DNA of 55,852 bases from Chloroflexota bacterium (lineage in GTDB: Bacteria > Chloroflexota > Limnocylindria > Limnocylindrales > CSP1-4): assembly GCA_025351245.1 (NCBI GenBank), contig JANXWH010000098.1, forward strand, positions 1-55,852. Reading direction: 5' to 3'. The position numbers and the translations under genes were made by a program. How positions within the stretch are numbered: position 1 is the stretch's first letter; the number at the start of each line of letters is the position of its first letter. Positions 28,239 through 40,580 of this stretch are shown piece after piece. A model generated the notes under the pieces. That model was not told where the DNA came from. It saw only the letters and a list, made by a program, of their open reading frames with translations, and made no database searches.

Positions 28239-28496
28239 CTGCCCGGCGGCGGTCGGCGGCGGTCGGCGGCGCGATTGCCCGGCCGGCGGCGGTCGGCGAC
28301 GATCGGCGGCGCGATTGCCCGGCCAGCGGCGATCGGCCCGCGCCTGGCGGCGTGATTGCCCGGCCGGCGGCGGTCGGCGACGTGGGTCCGGTCCGTTCAC
28401 GACGCCAGGTCGGTCCGGCGCGGGAATCGCGAGGCCCGGACGCCGGCCGGCGGCGATCGGGTGGTGCCGGCGCGATTGCCGTGCCGACGGCGGATC
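28239..28496. repeat. Intergenic GC-rich tandem repeat family with a roughly 40-41 bp period
   Basis: The core GATTGCCCGGCC(G/A)GCGGCG(G/A)TCGGC occurs at 28273, 28313 and 28354. A partial copy lies at 28239 and a degenerate copy at 28474. The region sits between the convergent 3' ends of the HTH gene and dnaK. Confidence 0.7.
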
Positions 28497-30422
28497 CTAG
28501 ACTTCCTTGAACTCGCCCTCGACCGTCTCGTCGTCGGCCTCCGGGGTTGCCGCGGGTTCGCCGCCTGGTTCGCCGGCCGGCCCGCCGGTCCCGTCGCCCG
28601 GGGGCGTGCTGGCCGCTGCGTAGGCCGCCGTGCCGACCTTCTGGAGCAGCTCGGCGAGCTCGGTCGCGCGCGCATGGACCACGTCGGCCGATTCGGTCTT
28701 GAGCGCGTTGCGGACGTCGGAGACCTTCCCCTCGACGGCGGCCCGGTCCTCGGGCGAGACCTTCTCGCCGAGATCCTTGAGCGTGCGCTCCGCCTGGAAC
28801 GTGAGCGCCTCCGCCTGGTTCCGGGTCTCGACCTCCTCGCGGCGCTTCTGATCTTCGGCCGCATGTTCGGTTGCCTCGCGGACCATCCGGTCCACGTCCT
28901 TCTTGTCCAGCATGGACGAGGCGGTGATCTGGACCTTCTGTTCCTTGCCGGTGGCGCGGTCCTTCGCCCGAACCTCCACGATGCCGTTCGCGTCGATGTC
29001 GAACGTCACCTCGACCTGGGGTACGCCGCGCGGGGCGGAGGGGATCCCGTCCAGGATGAACCGGCCCAGGGTCTTGTTGTCGGCCGCGAAGTCGCGCTCG
29101 CCCTGGAGGACGTGGATCTCGACCTGCGGCTGGTTGTCCGACGCCGTGGAGAAGACCTGGCTCTTCGAGGTCGGGATCGTCGTGTTTCGCTCGATGAGCT
29201 TCGTCATGACGCCGCCGAGCGTCTCGATGCCGAGGGAGAGCGGCGTGACGTCCAGCAGGAGGACGTCCTTGACGTCGCCCGCCAGGACGCCGGCCTGGAT
29301 CGCGGCGCCGACCGCGACGACCTCGTCTGGGTTGACGCCCCGGTTGGGCTCCTTGCCCCCGAACATCGCTTTGACGGCCTCGATGACCGCAGGCATCCGG
29401 GTCATGCCGCCAACCAGGACGACCTCGTCGATCTCGGCCGCGGTGAGGCCCGCGTCCTTGATCGCCTGGCTGACGGGGCCCTTCGTCTTCTCGACGAGGT
29501 CGCCAACAAGGTCCTCGAGCTTGGCGCGGGTGAGCGTCACGACCAGATGCTTCGGACCGGCGGCGTCCGCGGTGACGTAGGGCAGGTTGATCTCCGTGGA
29601 GATCGACGACGACAGCTCGATCTTTGCCTTCTCGGCCGCTTCCTTCAGGCGCTGGAGCGCCTGCGGATCGGAGTGCAGGTCGATCCCCTGGTCCTTCTTG
29701 AACTCCGCGAGGAGCCAGTCCATCACCCGGATGTCGAAATCGTCGCCGCCGAGATGCGTGTCGCCGTTCGTCGACTTGACCTCGAAGACGCCCTCGCCCA
29801 GCTCCAGGATCGAGATGTCGAACGTGCCGCCGCCCAGGTCGTAGACGGCGATCTTCTCGTCCTTCTGCTTGTCCAGGCCGTAGGCGAGCGACGACGCGGT
29901 GGGCTCGTTGATGATCCGCTTGACGTCCAGGCCGGCGATGCGGCCGGCGTCCTTGGTCGCCTGGCGCTGCGTATCGTCGAAGTAGGCGGGCACCGTGATG
30001 ACCGCCTCGGTCACCTTCTCGCCGAGGTACGCCTCCGCGTCCGCCTTGAGCTTCTGGAGGATCATCGCGGAGATCTCGGGCGGCGTGTAGTTCCGTCCGT
30101 CGGCGAGCGCCACCCGGAGCCCGTCGGATGCGGGGTCCTTCTCCACGGTGTACGGGACGAGCGCGCGGGCGTGCTTCACCTCCGGGTCGTCCCAGCGGCG
30201 CCCCATGAAGCGTTTGATCGAGTAGACGGTGTTGGCCGGGTTCGTGACCGCCTGGCGCTTCGCCAGCTGGCCGACGAGGCGCTCGCCGGTCTTCGTGAAG
30301 GCAACCACGGACGGGACGGTCCGGCCGCCCTCGGCGGACGCGATGACGGTCGGCTCGCCGCCCTCCATGACCGCGACGACCGAGTTCGTCGTACCGAGGT
30401 CGATGCCGATGATCTTGCCCAT
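28497..30422 (-). CDS. dnaK: Chaperone DnaK (Hsp70)
   Basis: It contains [17 protein letters not shown] and [10 protein letters not shown], giving full-length Hsp70 similarity. Confidence 0.98.
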   Translation of the reverse strand: MGKIIGIDLGTTNSVVAVMEGGEPTVIASAEGGRTVPSVVAFTKTGERLVGQLAKRQAVTNPANTVYSIKRFMGRRWDDPEVKHARALVPYTVEKDPASDGLRVALADGRNYTPPEISAMILQKLKADAEAYLGEKVTEAVITVPAYFDDTQRQATKDAGRIAGLDVKRIINEPTASSLAYGLDKQKDEKIAVYDLGGGTFDISILELGEGVFEVKSTNGDTHLGGDDFDIRVMDWLLAEFKKDQGIDLHSDPQALQRLKEAAEKAKIELSSSISTEINLPYVTADAAGPKHLVVTLTRAKLEDLVGDLVEKTKGPVSQAIKDAGLTAAEIDEVVLVGGMTRMPAVIEAVKAMFGGKEPNRGVNPDEVVAVGAAIQAGVLAGDVKDVLLLDVTPLSLGIETLGGVMTKLIERNTTIPTSKSQVFSTASDNQPQVEIHVLQGERDFAADNKTLGRFILDGIPSAPRGVPQVEVTFDIDANGIVEVRAKDRATGKEQKVQITASSMLDKKDVDRMVREATEHAAEDQKRREEVETRNQAEALTFQAERTLKDLGEKVSPEDRAAVEGKVSDVRNALKTESADVVHARATELAELLQKVGTAAYAAASTPPGDGTGGPAGEPGGEPAATPEADDETVEGEFKEV

Positions 30423-30471
30423 TGCGTGCAGTTCTCCTGGTGTCGAGGGTGGGGTTGGAGTGGTTTGATGG

Positions 30472-31050
30472 TCAGTTCAGCCGCGGGCTTCCGTCGCTGA
30501 CGGCGACGAGGGCCGGACGCAGCACGCGGTCCCGAAGGCGGTAGCCGCGCCGGATCTCCAGCACGATCTCCCCCTCCGGGGCGCCGCTCCCGGAGACGTG
30601 ACTCAGCGCCTCGTGCTCATTTGGGTCGAAGGGCAGCCCGAGCGCCTCGATCGGGGTCACGCCCTCGCGCTCGAGGAGCGCCCGGAGCTTGCGGTCGATC
30701 GCGACGATCCCCTCGAGCCACGGGTTGTCGCGCGCCTCTGGCGGGAGGTGCTCCAGGGCGAGGTCGAAGTCGTCGGCCAGCTCCACGACCCTCGTGACCA
30801 GGGCCTCGCGGGCGCGGTCGAGGTCGCGCTCCCGGTCGGCCTCCGACCGGCGCTTGAGGTTCGCGTAGTCGGCCGCGGCCCGCTGGGCCGTCACAAGGTT
30901 CTCGTCGGCCTTCGCGAGCGCCGCATCGCGTTCGGCGGTCAGCGCCTCGATCTGGGCGAGGAGCGCCGTCGGGCTCGTGTCGAGCTCCGCGATCCGGTCG
31001 TCGGCTCGCGTCCGGCGGTGCGGCGTGGGCTGGTCAGGATGGTTCGGCAT
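30472..31050 (-). CDS. grpE: Nucleotide exchange factor GrpE
   Basis: It has a coiled-coil N-terminus and the GrpE C-terminal pattern (FDPNEHEA...GY.L.DRVLRPA). Confidence 0.92.
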   Translation of the reverse strand: MPNHPDQPTPHRRTRADDRIAELDTSPTALLAQIEALTAERDAALAKADENLVTAQRAAADYANLKRRSEADRERDLDRAREALVTRVVELADDFDLALEHLPPEARDNPWLEGIVAIDRKLRALLEREGVTPIEALGLPFDPNEHEALSHVSGSGAPEGEIVLEIRRGYRLRDRVLRPALVAVSDGSPRLN

Positions 31051-31066
31051 GCGGCGTCCCCGAGCT

Positions 31067-32140
31067 TCAGGAGTAGAGGTGGTCCACGAGATCGTTCATG
31101 AGGCTGGACACGAAGCGCACCGTCCCGATCGCCTGCGGGTACCGGAGGCGGGTGGGCCCGAGCACGCCGACGAAGCCCACGGCGGCGCCGGGCCGCCCGT
31201 AGGGTGCCAGGACCAGGCTCACGTCGGCCATCTCGTCCGGTCGGTTCTCGCGGCCGATGTACACGCGCAGGCCTCCGTCGACGGTCACGGCCTCGAACAG
31301 CTCGGCGAAGTACGTCCGGTTCTCGAGCGCCTCGAAGACGCGGCGCAGCTTCTCCGAGCTGGCGAACTCGGGCGCCGCCATCACGTTGAGGAGACCGTCG
31401 CTGAAGAGTTGCTCCACGGTGGCCGCGTCGAACTCGCGCAGGAGTCGGAGCGCGCGATCGCCGGCGCGGCGGACCAGCGCGAAGATCGCGTCGTCGGCTG
31501 GCGCCTGGTCGAACCAGCGGAGATGCTCGGCCACGTCCGCGGCGCTTCGTCCGGCGCACGAGGCGTTCAGGCGACGGACCGCCTCCTCGAGATCCTCCTG
31601 GGTGGTCCCCGCGTCGAGCGTGAACAGGGTCTGCTTCAGGGTCCCTTCGTTCAGGACGATGATGAGGCTGGCCATCCGGTCGCCGATCGGAACCAGCTCG
31701 AAGCGCCGGATCTGGGCGGCGCGCGGCTTGGCCGGCGTGGCGATTCCGGCCGAGCGCGTGGCGGAAGCGAGCGTGGTGGCCGCGAGCCGGAACCACTGGT
31801 CGGTGGCGAACTCCACCTGCCCGAACTGGTGCCGGATCGTGAGCTGCTCGACCGGCGAGAGCGGGACCTCGCCCATCAGGCTCTCGACGTAGAAGCGATA
31901 GCCGGCGTCGGTCGGCACGCGGCCGGCAGACGTGTGCGGGTGGGAGAGGAGTCCCTCCATCTCGAGTTCCGCGAGGATGGTCCGGACGGTGGCGGAGCTC
32001 ACCTGCAGGCGGTAGCGCTCCACGAGCGTCTGTGAGCCGACCGGGGCCGCGCTCGTGATGTAGTCCTCGATCACGACGCGCAGGATCGCCTGGGCCCGAT
32101 GGTCCAGGGGGCCGGCGCTGCGTCGAATGCCACGTGCCAC
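31067..32140 (-). CDS. hrcA: Heat-inducible transcription repressor HrcA
   Basis: The N-terminal winged helix reads RAQAILRVVIEDYITSAAPVGSQTLV. The gene sits upstream of grpE-dnaK and has a GTG start at 32140. Confidence 0.92.
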   Translation of the reverse strand: MARGIRRSAGPLDHRAQAILRVVIEDYITSAAPVGSQTLVERYRLQVSSATVRTILAELEMEGLLSHPHTSAGRVPTDAGYRFYVESLMGEVPLSPVEQLTIRHQFGQVEFATDQWFRLAATTLASATRSAGIATPAKPRAAQIRRFELVPIGDRMASLIIVLNEGTLKQTLFTLDAGTTQEDLEEAVRRLNASCAGRSAADVAEHLRWFDQAPADDAIFALVRRAGDRALRLLREFDAATVEQLFSDGLLNVMAAPEFASSEKLRRVFEALENRTYFAELFEAVTVDGGLRVYIGRENRPDEMADVSLVLAPYGRPGAAVGFVGVLGPTRLRYPQAIGTVRFVSSLMNDLVDHLYS

Positions 32141-32156
32141 GGGTTTCTCGCTCCTG

Positions 32157-32183
32157 CTGGCACTCGTATGTTGCGAGTGCCAG
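32157..32183. promoter_or_regulatory. CIRCE-like operator 1 (CTGGCACTC-N9-GAGTGCCAG)
   Basis: It is a perfect 9-bp inverted repeat with a 9-nt spacer, 17 nt upstream of hrcA. The canonical CIRCE is TTAGCACTC-N9-GAGTGCTAA. Confidence 0.8.
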
Positions 32184-32189
32184 TTCTCG

Positions 32190-32216
32190 TTGGCACTCTC
32201 ATCGGGAGAGTGCCAA
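32190..32216. promoter_or_regulatory. CIRCE-like operator 2 (TTGGCACTC-N9-GAGTGCCAA)
   Basis: It is a second perfect 9-N9-9 inverted repeat, 6 nt after the first. Confidence 0.8.
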
Positions 32217-32333
32217 CCATTCGCGGCGATCGTAGCAGGAGGTGCGCGCGAGTGTCAATCGAGCCGCCTGCAGCACATGCCCGGCCAGCACGTGCCCTGC
32301 CTCGCCGCGAACCGACGGCGGCTCCGCGCGACC

Positions 32334-33620
32334 TCAGACGAGGCGGGCGAACAGCTCGTTCGAGAGGAGCCGTCCGCGGAGCGTAAGGCGCACCCGCTCC
32401 CCCGGGCCGTCCTCGATCAGGCCGTGCTCGGCGGCCCATGCGAACGCATCGATCCGGCTGAGCGCGGCGTTGCGCGGAACGCCGCGTGCGAGCCGGAGAC
32501 CAAGGAAGAGGGCTTCGGTATCCGCCGTGGCCGCGTCCAGCGACTCCGAGCCGCCGGGCGGCAGCATCGGCGCGACACCGCCGGACACCGACACCAGCGC
32601 GGCCATCCACGCGTCAAGGCGCGCGGCGTTCCAATGCCGCATCGCGCCGTCAAAGGAGTGCGCCCCCGGACCAACGGCGGCGTACGGGCGTCGCTCCCAG
32701 TAGACAAGGTTGTGGCGGCTCTGGTGGCCCGGGCGCGCCCAGTTGGAGAGCTCGTACCAGGGGTAGCCGCTGGCCTCGAGCATCGCGTCGGCGAGGCCGT
32801 ATGCGCCGGCGGCCCGGTCCTCGTCCTGGGTCGCGCGCGCCGCCTCGCGCCACCGGCGCGCACCCGGCGGCGTTGGGAGATGGTCGCCGGATGGGCCCGT
32901 GAGGCCTTCGGCTTCCGGGTCGTCGAGCGTCAGCGCGTAGGCGGACACGTGGTCCGGCCCGAGCGCGAGAGCCGCCTCCAGCGTCTCGGTCCAGCTCGCG
33001 AGCGTCTGGCCGGGGACGTCGTAGAGGAGGTCGATGCTCACGCTCGCGATGCCCGCTTCGCGCGCCCCGGCAACGACATCGGCGACGTCCGCCGGCCGGT
33101 GACGCCGGCCGAGCGCCCGGAGCTCGTCGGGCTGGAGGCTCTGGGCACCGATCGAGATCCGCGTGATCCCTGCCCGGGCAAGGCCGGCGAGGTCGCCACG
33201 GTCGTCGGGCCCCGGGTTCGCCTCGAGCGTCACCTCGGCGCCGGGCGCCAGCCCGAAGCGAGCCCGGATCTGGTCCAGGAGCGCGGCGATCGCGCCGGGG
33301 GGCAGGAGCGACGGCGTGCCACCGCCGAAATAGACCGTCTCGAGGGCCGGTCGCGCATCGCTGCCCGGCCGGCCGAAGGCCGCATCGAGCGCGTCCGCCC
33401 GCATGTCCAGCTCCGCGGCGACGGCGCGCAGGTACGCGGAGACGCGACTGCGCGGACCGACGGCGGCGGCGCCCGCCACGACCACGAAATCGCAGTACGG
33501 GCAGAGGGAGCGGCAGAACGGCACGTGGACGTAGAGCGCGACGGGGGCCGCCGGGGCCGGGATGTGGGCCGCGAACGCCGGGACGTGGGCCGCGGGCGCC
33601 GGCGCGTCGCCGGTCGTCAT
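32334..33620 (-). CDS. hemW: Radical-SAM HemN-like protein (heme chaperone HemW / YqeR-like)
   Basis: It has the radical-SAM motif YVHVPFCRSLCPYCDF. The ATG at 33620 overlaps the upstream stop (ATGA). Confidence 0.85.
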   Translation of the reverse strand: MTTGDAPAPAAHVPAFAAHIPAPAAPVALYVHVPFCRSLCPYCDFVVVAGAAAVGPRSRVSAYLRAVAAELDMRADALDAAFGRPGSDARPALETVYFGGGTPSLLPPGAIAALLDQIRARFGLAPGAEVTLEANPGPDDRGDLAGLARAGITRISIGAQSLQPDELRALGRRHRPADVADVVAGAREAGIASVSIDLLYDVPGQTLASWTETLEAALALGPDHVSAYALTLDDPEAEGLTGPSGDHLPTPPGARRWREAARATQDEDRAAGAYGLADAMLEASGYPWYELSNWARPGHQSRHNLVYWERRPYAAVGPGAHSFDGAMRHWNAARLDAWMAALVSVSGGVAPMLPPGGSESLDAATADTEALFLGLRLARGVPRNAALSRIDAFAWAAEHGLIEDGPGERVRLTLRGRLLSNELFARLV

Positions 33621-34381
33621 CGGTCCGCCCGAGCCTCCTCGCCGGGCGGCTCCATCTGCCGCCAGCCGTCGGGCGGACGCCGGAACTCCCAGGAATCCTC
33701 GACTTCGTGGCCGCGCGGCGCGGGCTGGCCGGCATGGCCGGTGCACACGAAGACGGCGATCCGGGTGACGGCGTGCCCGAGGAACGCAGCGCCGATGCCG
33801 CCGGTGATCGTGGTCAACCAGCCGGCGGCGATCCCGAGGAAGAGCGACAGCCCGAAGACGTAGCGGCTGCGGCCGGGGGCGCCGGTCCGCGTCGCGAGCA
33901 CGTACAGGAGCGCCTGCACGACGATCGCAATGGCGGGGTCTATCCCGGCGACGAGGAGGAAGCCGAGGACGAGGCCGCGGAAGGTCGCCTCGTCGATGAA
34001 CGCGGTCCCGATCGCGTTGAGGACGGCGCCCGGGTAGGACCAGAGCGGGGGCATGCGGAGGCGTCCGTAGCGAAGGCGCGCGAAGAGCACCGCCTGGGCG
34101 GTCCCGATCGCGCCGAGCGCGAACCCGCCGAGGAGCGCCCCGCCCCGGTCGCCCAGCCCCAGCTCAAGATCGCGGGCGGGCGCCGGGTGGACGACCAGCG
34201 CCGCAGCGATCAGGGCGAACCCCAGCAGGTACCAGGCCATCCGCCGTCGGAAGGTGCTCCGGCGGCCGTCGGCGGAGGGCTCGTCGTACTCCGCGGCGCT
34301 GAACGTGGCCGCCTCGAGGCGCAGGAGGAACAGCAGGCCGGTCAGGCCCAACGTGACGAGGACGCGGAGCAACTCCTGCAC
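33617..34381 (-). CDS. CPBP-family intramembrane metalloprotease (CAAX protease-like)
   Basis: It is multi-TM, with a FIDEATFRG motif (EExxxR-like) and a later FLGHAVTR histidine motif. Confidence 0.7.
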   Translation of the reverse strand: MQELLRVLVTLGLTGLLFLLRLEAATFSAAEYDEPSADGRRSTFRRRMAWYLLGFALIAAALVVHPAPARDLELGLGDRGGALLGGFALGAIGTAQAVLFARLRYGRLRMPPLWSYPGAVLNAIGTAFIDEATFRGLVLGFLLVAGIDPAIAIVVQALLYVLATRTGAPGRSRYVFGLSLFLGIAAGWLTTITGGIGAAFLGHAVTRIAVFVCTGHAGQPAPRGHEVEDSWEFRRPPDGWRQMEPPGEEARADR

Positions 34382-34396
34382 AGGCGGTCGCCGCGC

Positions 34397-36211
34397 CTAG
34401 CCGGCGTCGCCCATGCGGAGCACGGCGAGGAAGGCCTCCTGCGGGATCTCGACCGACCCGACGCGCTTCATGCGCTGCTTGCCTTCCTTCTGCTTCTCCA
34501 GCAGCTTCCGTTTCCGCGTGATGTCGCCACCGTAGCACTTGGCCAGGACGTTCTTGCGCATGGCGCGGATCGTCTCCCGGGCCACCACGGTGGACCCGAT
34601 CGCCGCCTGCACGGGCACCTCGAACATCTGGCGCGGGATGAGCTCCTTGAGCTTCTCGGTCAGCTGCCGGCCAGCGGTGTGGGCCTTGTCGCGATGGACG
34701 ATCAGCGACAGGGCATCCACGGGCTCGCCGTTGACCAGCACGTCCAGCTTGACGAGCCGCGCCGAGCGGTAGCCGATCTCCTCGTAGTCCATCGACGCGT
34801 AACCCTGGCTGCGGCTCTTGAGCTGGTCGAAGTAGTCGATGATCAGCTCCGCGAGCGGCATCTCGAACGCGAGCAGGACGCGGGTCGGGTCGAGGTACTC
34901 CATGCTCGTGAACGTGCCGCGGCGGTTGGTGGAGAGCTCCATGAGCGGCCCGATGTAGGTCGACGGGGTGATCACGGAGAGCTTCACCCACGGCTCCTCG
35001 ATCGTCTCGATCTCCCCGGCGGATGGCATCAGGGCCGGGTTGTCGACGGCAAGGACGGGCCCGCCCCCCATGGGTGTGACGCGGTACTCCACGGAGGGTG
35101 CCGACGCGATCAGCTCCAGCGAGAACTCGCGCTCCAGGCGCTCCTGGACGATCTCCATGTGGAGGAGGCCCAGGAAGCCGCAACGGAACCCGAAGCCCAG
35201 GGCGATCGAGCTCTCCGCCTCGAACGTGAAGCTCGCGTCGTTGAGGTGCAGCTTCTCCATCGCGTCGCGGAGGAGCGGGTAATCCTCGCCGGAGATCGGG
35301 TAGATCCCCGCGAAGACGAGGCTCTTGGCGGGCAGGTAGCCGGGCAGTGGTTCGGAGGCGGGCGAGGCTGCGTCGGTGACCGTGTCGCCGACCTGGGCGT
35401 CGCGGACGCTCTTGAGGCCCGTGGCGATGTAGCCGACCTCGCCGGCGGCCAGCTCATGGACGGGGACGAGCTGCGGGCGAAAGACACCCAGCTCCAGGAT
35501 GTCCGTCTCCGCACCCGAGCCCATCAGCCGGATCCGGGAATGCTCATGAATTGTCCCCGCGGCCAGGCGGACGTAGGTCACGACGCCCTTGTACTGATCG
35601 TAGTGGGAGTCGAAGACGAGACCGCGAAGAGGGGCCCGCGGGTTCCCCTTCGGGGGCGGCACGCGCGCCACGATCGCCTCGAGGATCTCGGCGATGCCGG
35701 TCCCCTCCTTCGCCGAGGCCAGCAGCACCTCCTCGCGCGGGATCGCAAGGACGTTCTCCAGCTCATCCATCACCACGTCCGGCTGGGCGGACGGCAGGTC
35801 GATCTTGTTGATGACCGGCACGATCACAAGGTTCTGGCGGAGCGCAAGGTGAACGTTGGCGAGCGTCTGCGCCTCGATCCCCTGGGCGGCGTCGATGACG
35901 AGGATGGCGCCCTCGCAGGCCTGGAGACTGTGGCTCACCTCGTACGCGAAGTCGACGTGGCCGGGCGTGTCGATGAGGTTGAGGCCATAGACCAGGCCGT
36001 CGGCGGCCGTGTACTCGATCCGGACCGCGCGAGCCTTGATCGTGATGCCCTTCTCGCGCTCGAGATCCATCGAATCGAGGACCTGGCTGGTCATCTGCCG
36101 CGGATCGATCGTGTGGGTCTGCTCGAGGAGTCGGTCCGCGAGCGTCGACTTGCCGTGATCGATATGGGCGATGATCGAGAAGTTGCGCAGGCGTGACTGG
36201 GGGATCGACAT
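34397..36211 (-). CDS. lepA: Translation elongation factor 4
   Basis: The protein begins [22 protein letters not shown] and contains DTPGHVDF and NKID, with the LepA C-terminal domain. The ATG at 36211 is the inferred start. Confidence 0.95.
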   Translation of the reverse strand: MSIPQSRLRNFSIIAHIDHGKSTLADRLLEQTHTIDPRQMTSQVLDSMDLEREKGITIKARAVRIEYTAADGLVYGLNLIDTPGHVDFAYEVSHSLQACEGAILVIDAAQGIEAQTLANVHLALRQNLVIVPVINKIDLPSAQPDVVMDELENVLAIPREEVLLASAKEGTGIAEILEAIVARVPPPKGNPRAPLRGLVFDSHYDQYKGVVTYVRLAAGTIHEHSRIRLMGSGAETDILELGVFRPQLVPVHELAAGEVGYIATGLKSVRDAQVGDTVTDAASPASEPLPGYLPAKSLVFAGIYPISGEDYPLLRDAMEKLHLNDASFTFEAESSIALGFGFRCGFLGLLHMEIVQERLEREFSLELIASAPSVEYRVTPMGGGPVLAVDNPALMPSAGEIETIEEPWVKLSVITPSTYIGPLMELSTNRRGTFTSMEYLDPTRVLLAFEMPLAELIIDYFDQLKSRSQGYASMDYEEIGYRSARLVKLDVLVNGEPVDALSLIVHRDKAHTAGRQLTEKLKELIPRQMFEVPVQAAIGSTVVARETIRAMRKNVLAKCYGGDITRKRKLLEKQKEGKQRMKRVGSVEIPQEAFLAVLRMGDAG

Positions 36212-36398
36212 CGGGAGGCGAGTGTAGCGGACCCTGCGGGCCGCGCGAATGGAACAGGGTGGGCCGGTCCTGGGGGCACTGGCTGGCCGCCCGTCGGTGC
36301 GTCTGGTATCATTCGCGGTCGCGCCGTCGCGGTGTCCTCTCCCGCTGCGCGGCACCTGATCCCAGGACAATCCTTCCCCACCCGAGGACAGAACGCCA

Positions 36399-37154
36399 GT
36401 GGCTCACTCGCCCCGCGGCTGGACCGGCGCACGGACGCCGTCCGGGTTGAAGCGGGTCCGTCAGGCCGAGCGACGCGAGGCGATCAACGCCCCGCGACGC
36501 ACGAAGGCCAAGACCCTCGTCACGAAAACCCTCAGGATCGCGACCGGTCAGGCGGAGGGTGACGCGACCGTCACGCTTGCCGAGGCCATGAGCGCGCTCG
36601 ACAAGGCGGCCAAGGTCGGCGCCATCCACCCGAACACGGCGGCGCGTCGCAAGTCGCGCCTGGCCAGGAAGGTGGCGGCGGCGGTCGGCGGCGCGACCGT
36701 CCAGACGGCCGCGAAGATCACCAAGACCACCGGCGCGGCGGCCGCGGCGAAGGCCGCCAAGGCCCGCATCGCGGCCGGCAAGGCCGAGAAGGCGAAGGGC
36801 GCCCAGACGGCGGCCGGAAAGGCAAAGGCGGCGATCGCCCGCGCCGGCCGGACCGATGTCGAGACGACGAAGGCAGCGCCTGCAGTGCCGGTCACGGCTC
36901 CCAAGGCCCGCGGACGCGTCGCGTCGAAGGCCGCTCCCGCTCCGGCGGAGAAGCCGGCGACGAAGGCCGCGCCCAAGGCTGCCGCGGCGGCGAAGGCAGC
37001 CACGAAGCCGAAGGCCAAGGCCGCGCCGAAGGCCAGGGCAGCCACGAAGTCGAAGGCCGCGGCCGCGCCGAAGGCCAAGGCACCCGCCGCGGAGGCACCC
37101 GCCGCCAAGGCACCCACGAAGGCCAAGGCCGCGCCGAAGAAGAAGGCCGAGTAG
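36399..37154 (+). CDS. rpsT: 30S ribosomal protein S20 fused to a roughly 150-aa Ala/Lys/Pro-rich C-terminal tail
   Basis: The S20 core reads [23 protein letters not shown]...[21 protein letters not shown]. It is followed by [17 protein letters not shown]-type repeats up to the stop. The GTG start has GAGGAC upstream. Confidence 0.8.
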   Translation: MAHSPRGWTGARTPSGLKRVRQAERREAINAPRRTKAKTLVTKTLRIATGQAEGDATVTLAEAMSALDKAAKVGAIHPNTAARRKSRLARKVAAAVGGATVQTAAKITKTTGAAAAAKAAKARIAAGKAEKAKGAQTAAGKAKAAIARAGRTDVETTKAAPAVPVTAPKARGRVASKAAPAPAEKPATKAAPKAAAAAKAATKPKAKAAPKARAATKSKAAAAPKAKAPAAEAPAAKAPTKAKAAPKKKAE

Positions 37155-37200
37155 GCCGCACGGCGCCGGGCAGGCCGGCGCCGCTCCCCCCCGCACCACT

Positions 37201-37233
37201 GTTCGACCCCGGGCGCGTTGCCCGGGGTCGAAC
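37201..37233. terminator. Strong hairpin between convergent genes (GTTCGACCCCGGGC-GCGTT-GCCCGGGGTCGAAC)
   Basis: A 14-bp perfect stem was read from the sequence, 47 nt after the rpsT stop. It may act bidirectionally. No long U tract follows. Confidence 0.55.
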
Positions 37234-37317
37234 GATTCCGGGCCGGGCGCCGTCGAGAGGCCGCCCGCGGCTCGAGGGCAACGCACGGACCCCGCACCCG
37301 GGCCGGTCCGGCGGACG

Positions 37318-37896
37318 TCAGGCGGTCGGGGCTCCCGGGGCGGCAGCCGGACGCTGGGCCTTCGGTCGCGCGAACCCGTACATCGCCGCCCCGAACACGC
37401 CGCCGGCAAGACAGAGGATGGTCACCGTTCCCGTGGTCCCAAGCTGCTCGCGCCAGTAGAACGCGGTGAACGACGCGGCGTCGGTGATCCCGGCCTTCTC
37501 GAACTGCGCAGCCTTGCCCTCGTCGGCCACGTACCGCTGGTAGACGCAGTCCGCGCCGGGCGCGCAACCGGCGATCGGACCGCCCTGGCTGGCGTCGCGG
37601 TAGCCGTTGTCGGCGAAGAAGAAGATCGCCTTCGTGCCCGCGAAGAGGAGCGCGAGCGTGACCGCGGTGAGGAGCGACGCGTACGCCCCGTTGAGCAGGA
37701 TCCGTCGCCACGGACCGGCTCGCCGGTCCGCCCTGGCGTTGGCGTAGTAGCCGATCAGGAGGCCGGCCAGCGGCGACATCAGCCAGAAGACGGGTTCGAT
37801 GGGAATCACCAACAGGAAGCTGACGGCGATCGTCATCGCCATCCCGACGCCGACCCATCCGGCGAAGATCGCGCCGCGGTCCACGAAGCGACTCAC
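37318..37896 (-). CDS. Hypothetical membrane protein
   Basis: Several TM segments are present (MAMTIAVSFLLVIPIEPVFWLMSPLAGLLIGYY...). The in-frame GTG at 37896, downstream of the eno stop, is taken as start. Confidence 0.5.
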   Translation of the reverse strand: MSRFVDRGAIFAGWVGVGMAMTIAVSFLLVIPIEPVFWLMSPLAGLLIGYYANARADRRAGPWRRILLNGAYASLLTAVTLALLFAGTKAIFFFADNGYRDASQGGPIAGCAPGADCVYQRYVADEGKAAQFEKAGITDAASFTAFYWREQLGTTGTVTILCLAGGVFGAAMYGFARPKAQRPAAAPGAPTA

Positions 37897-37984
37897 GCGG
37901 GCCCTCCGCCGGCGCGGCGGTCGACGACCGCGAAATGGGCGGCCCCGGCCGGCAAGCCGGCCGGGGCCGCGAGGAACGCCAACG

Positions 37985-40524
<2,540 letters not shown>

Positions 40525-40580
40525 GGCAGGCTGCTGCCTCTGCTAGCGGGGGTTGCGGAGCAGGCTGATCGCGCCGGCGA

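Noticed and set aside
28239-28496. A possible CRISPR array, considered because of the regularly spaced repeats.
   Set aside because: The period is only about 40 nt, leaving roughly 10-nt spacers. There are only three good copies, they are contiguous tandem units, and no cas genes are nearby.
28356-30500. A 714-aa plus-strand ORF.
   Set aside because: It is the antisense shadow of dnaK and has no motifs.
33707-36196. An 829-aa plus-strand ORF.
   Set aside because: It is the antisense shadow of lepA and the CPBP protease gene.
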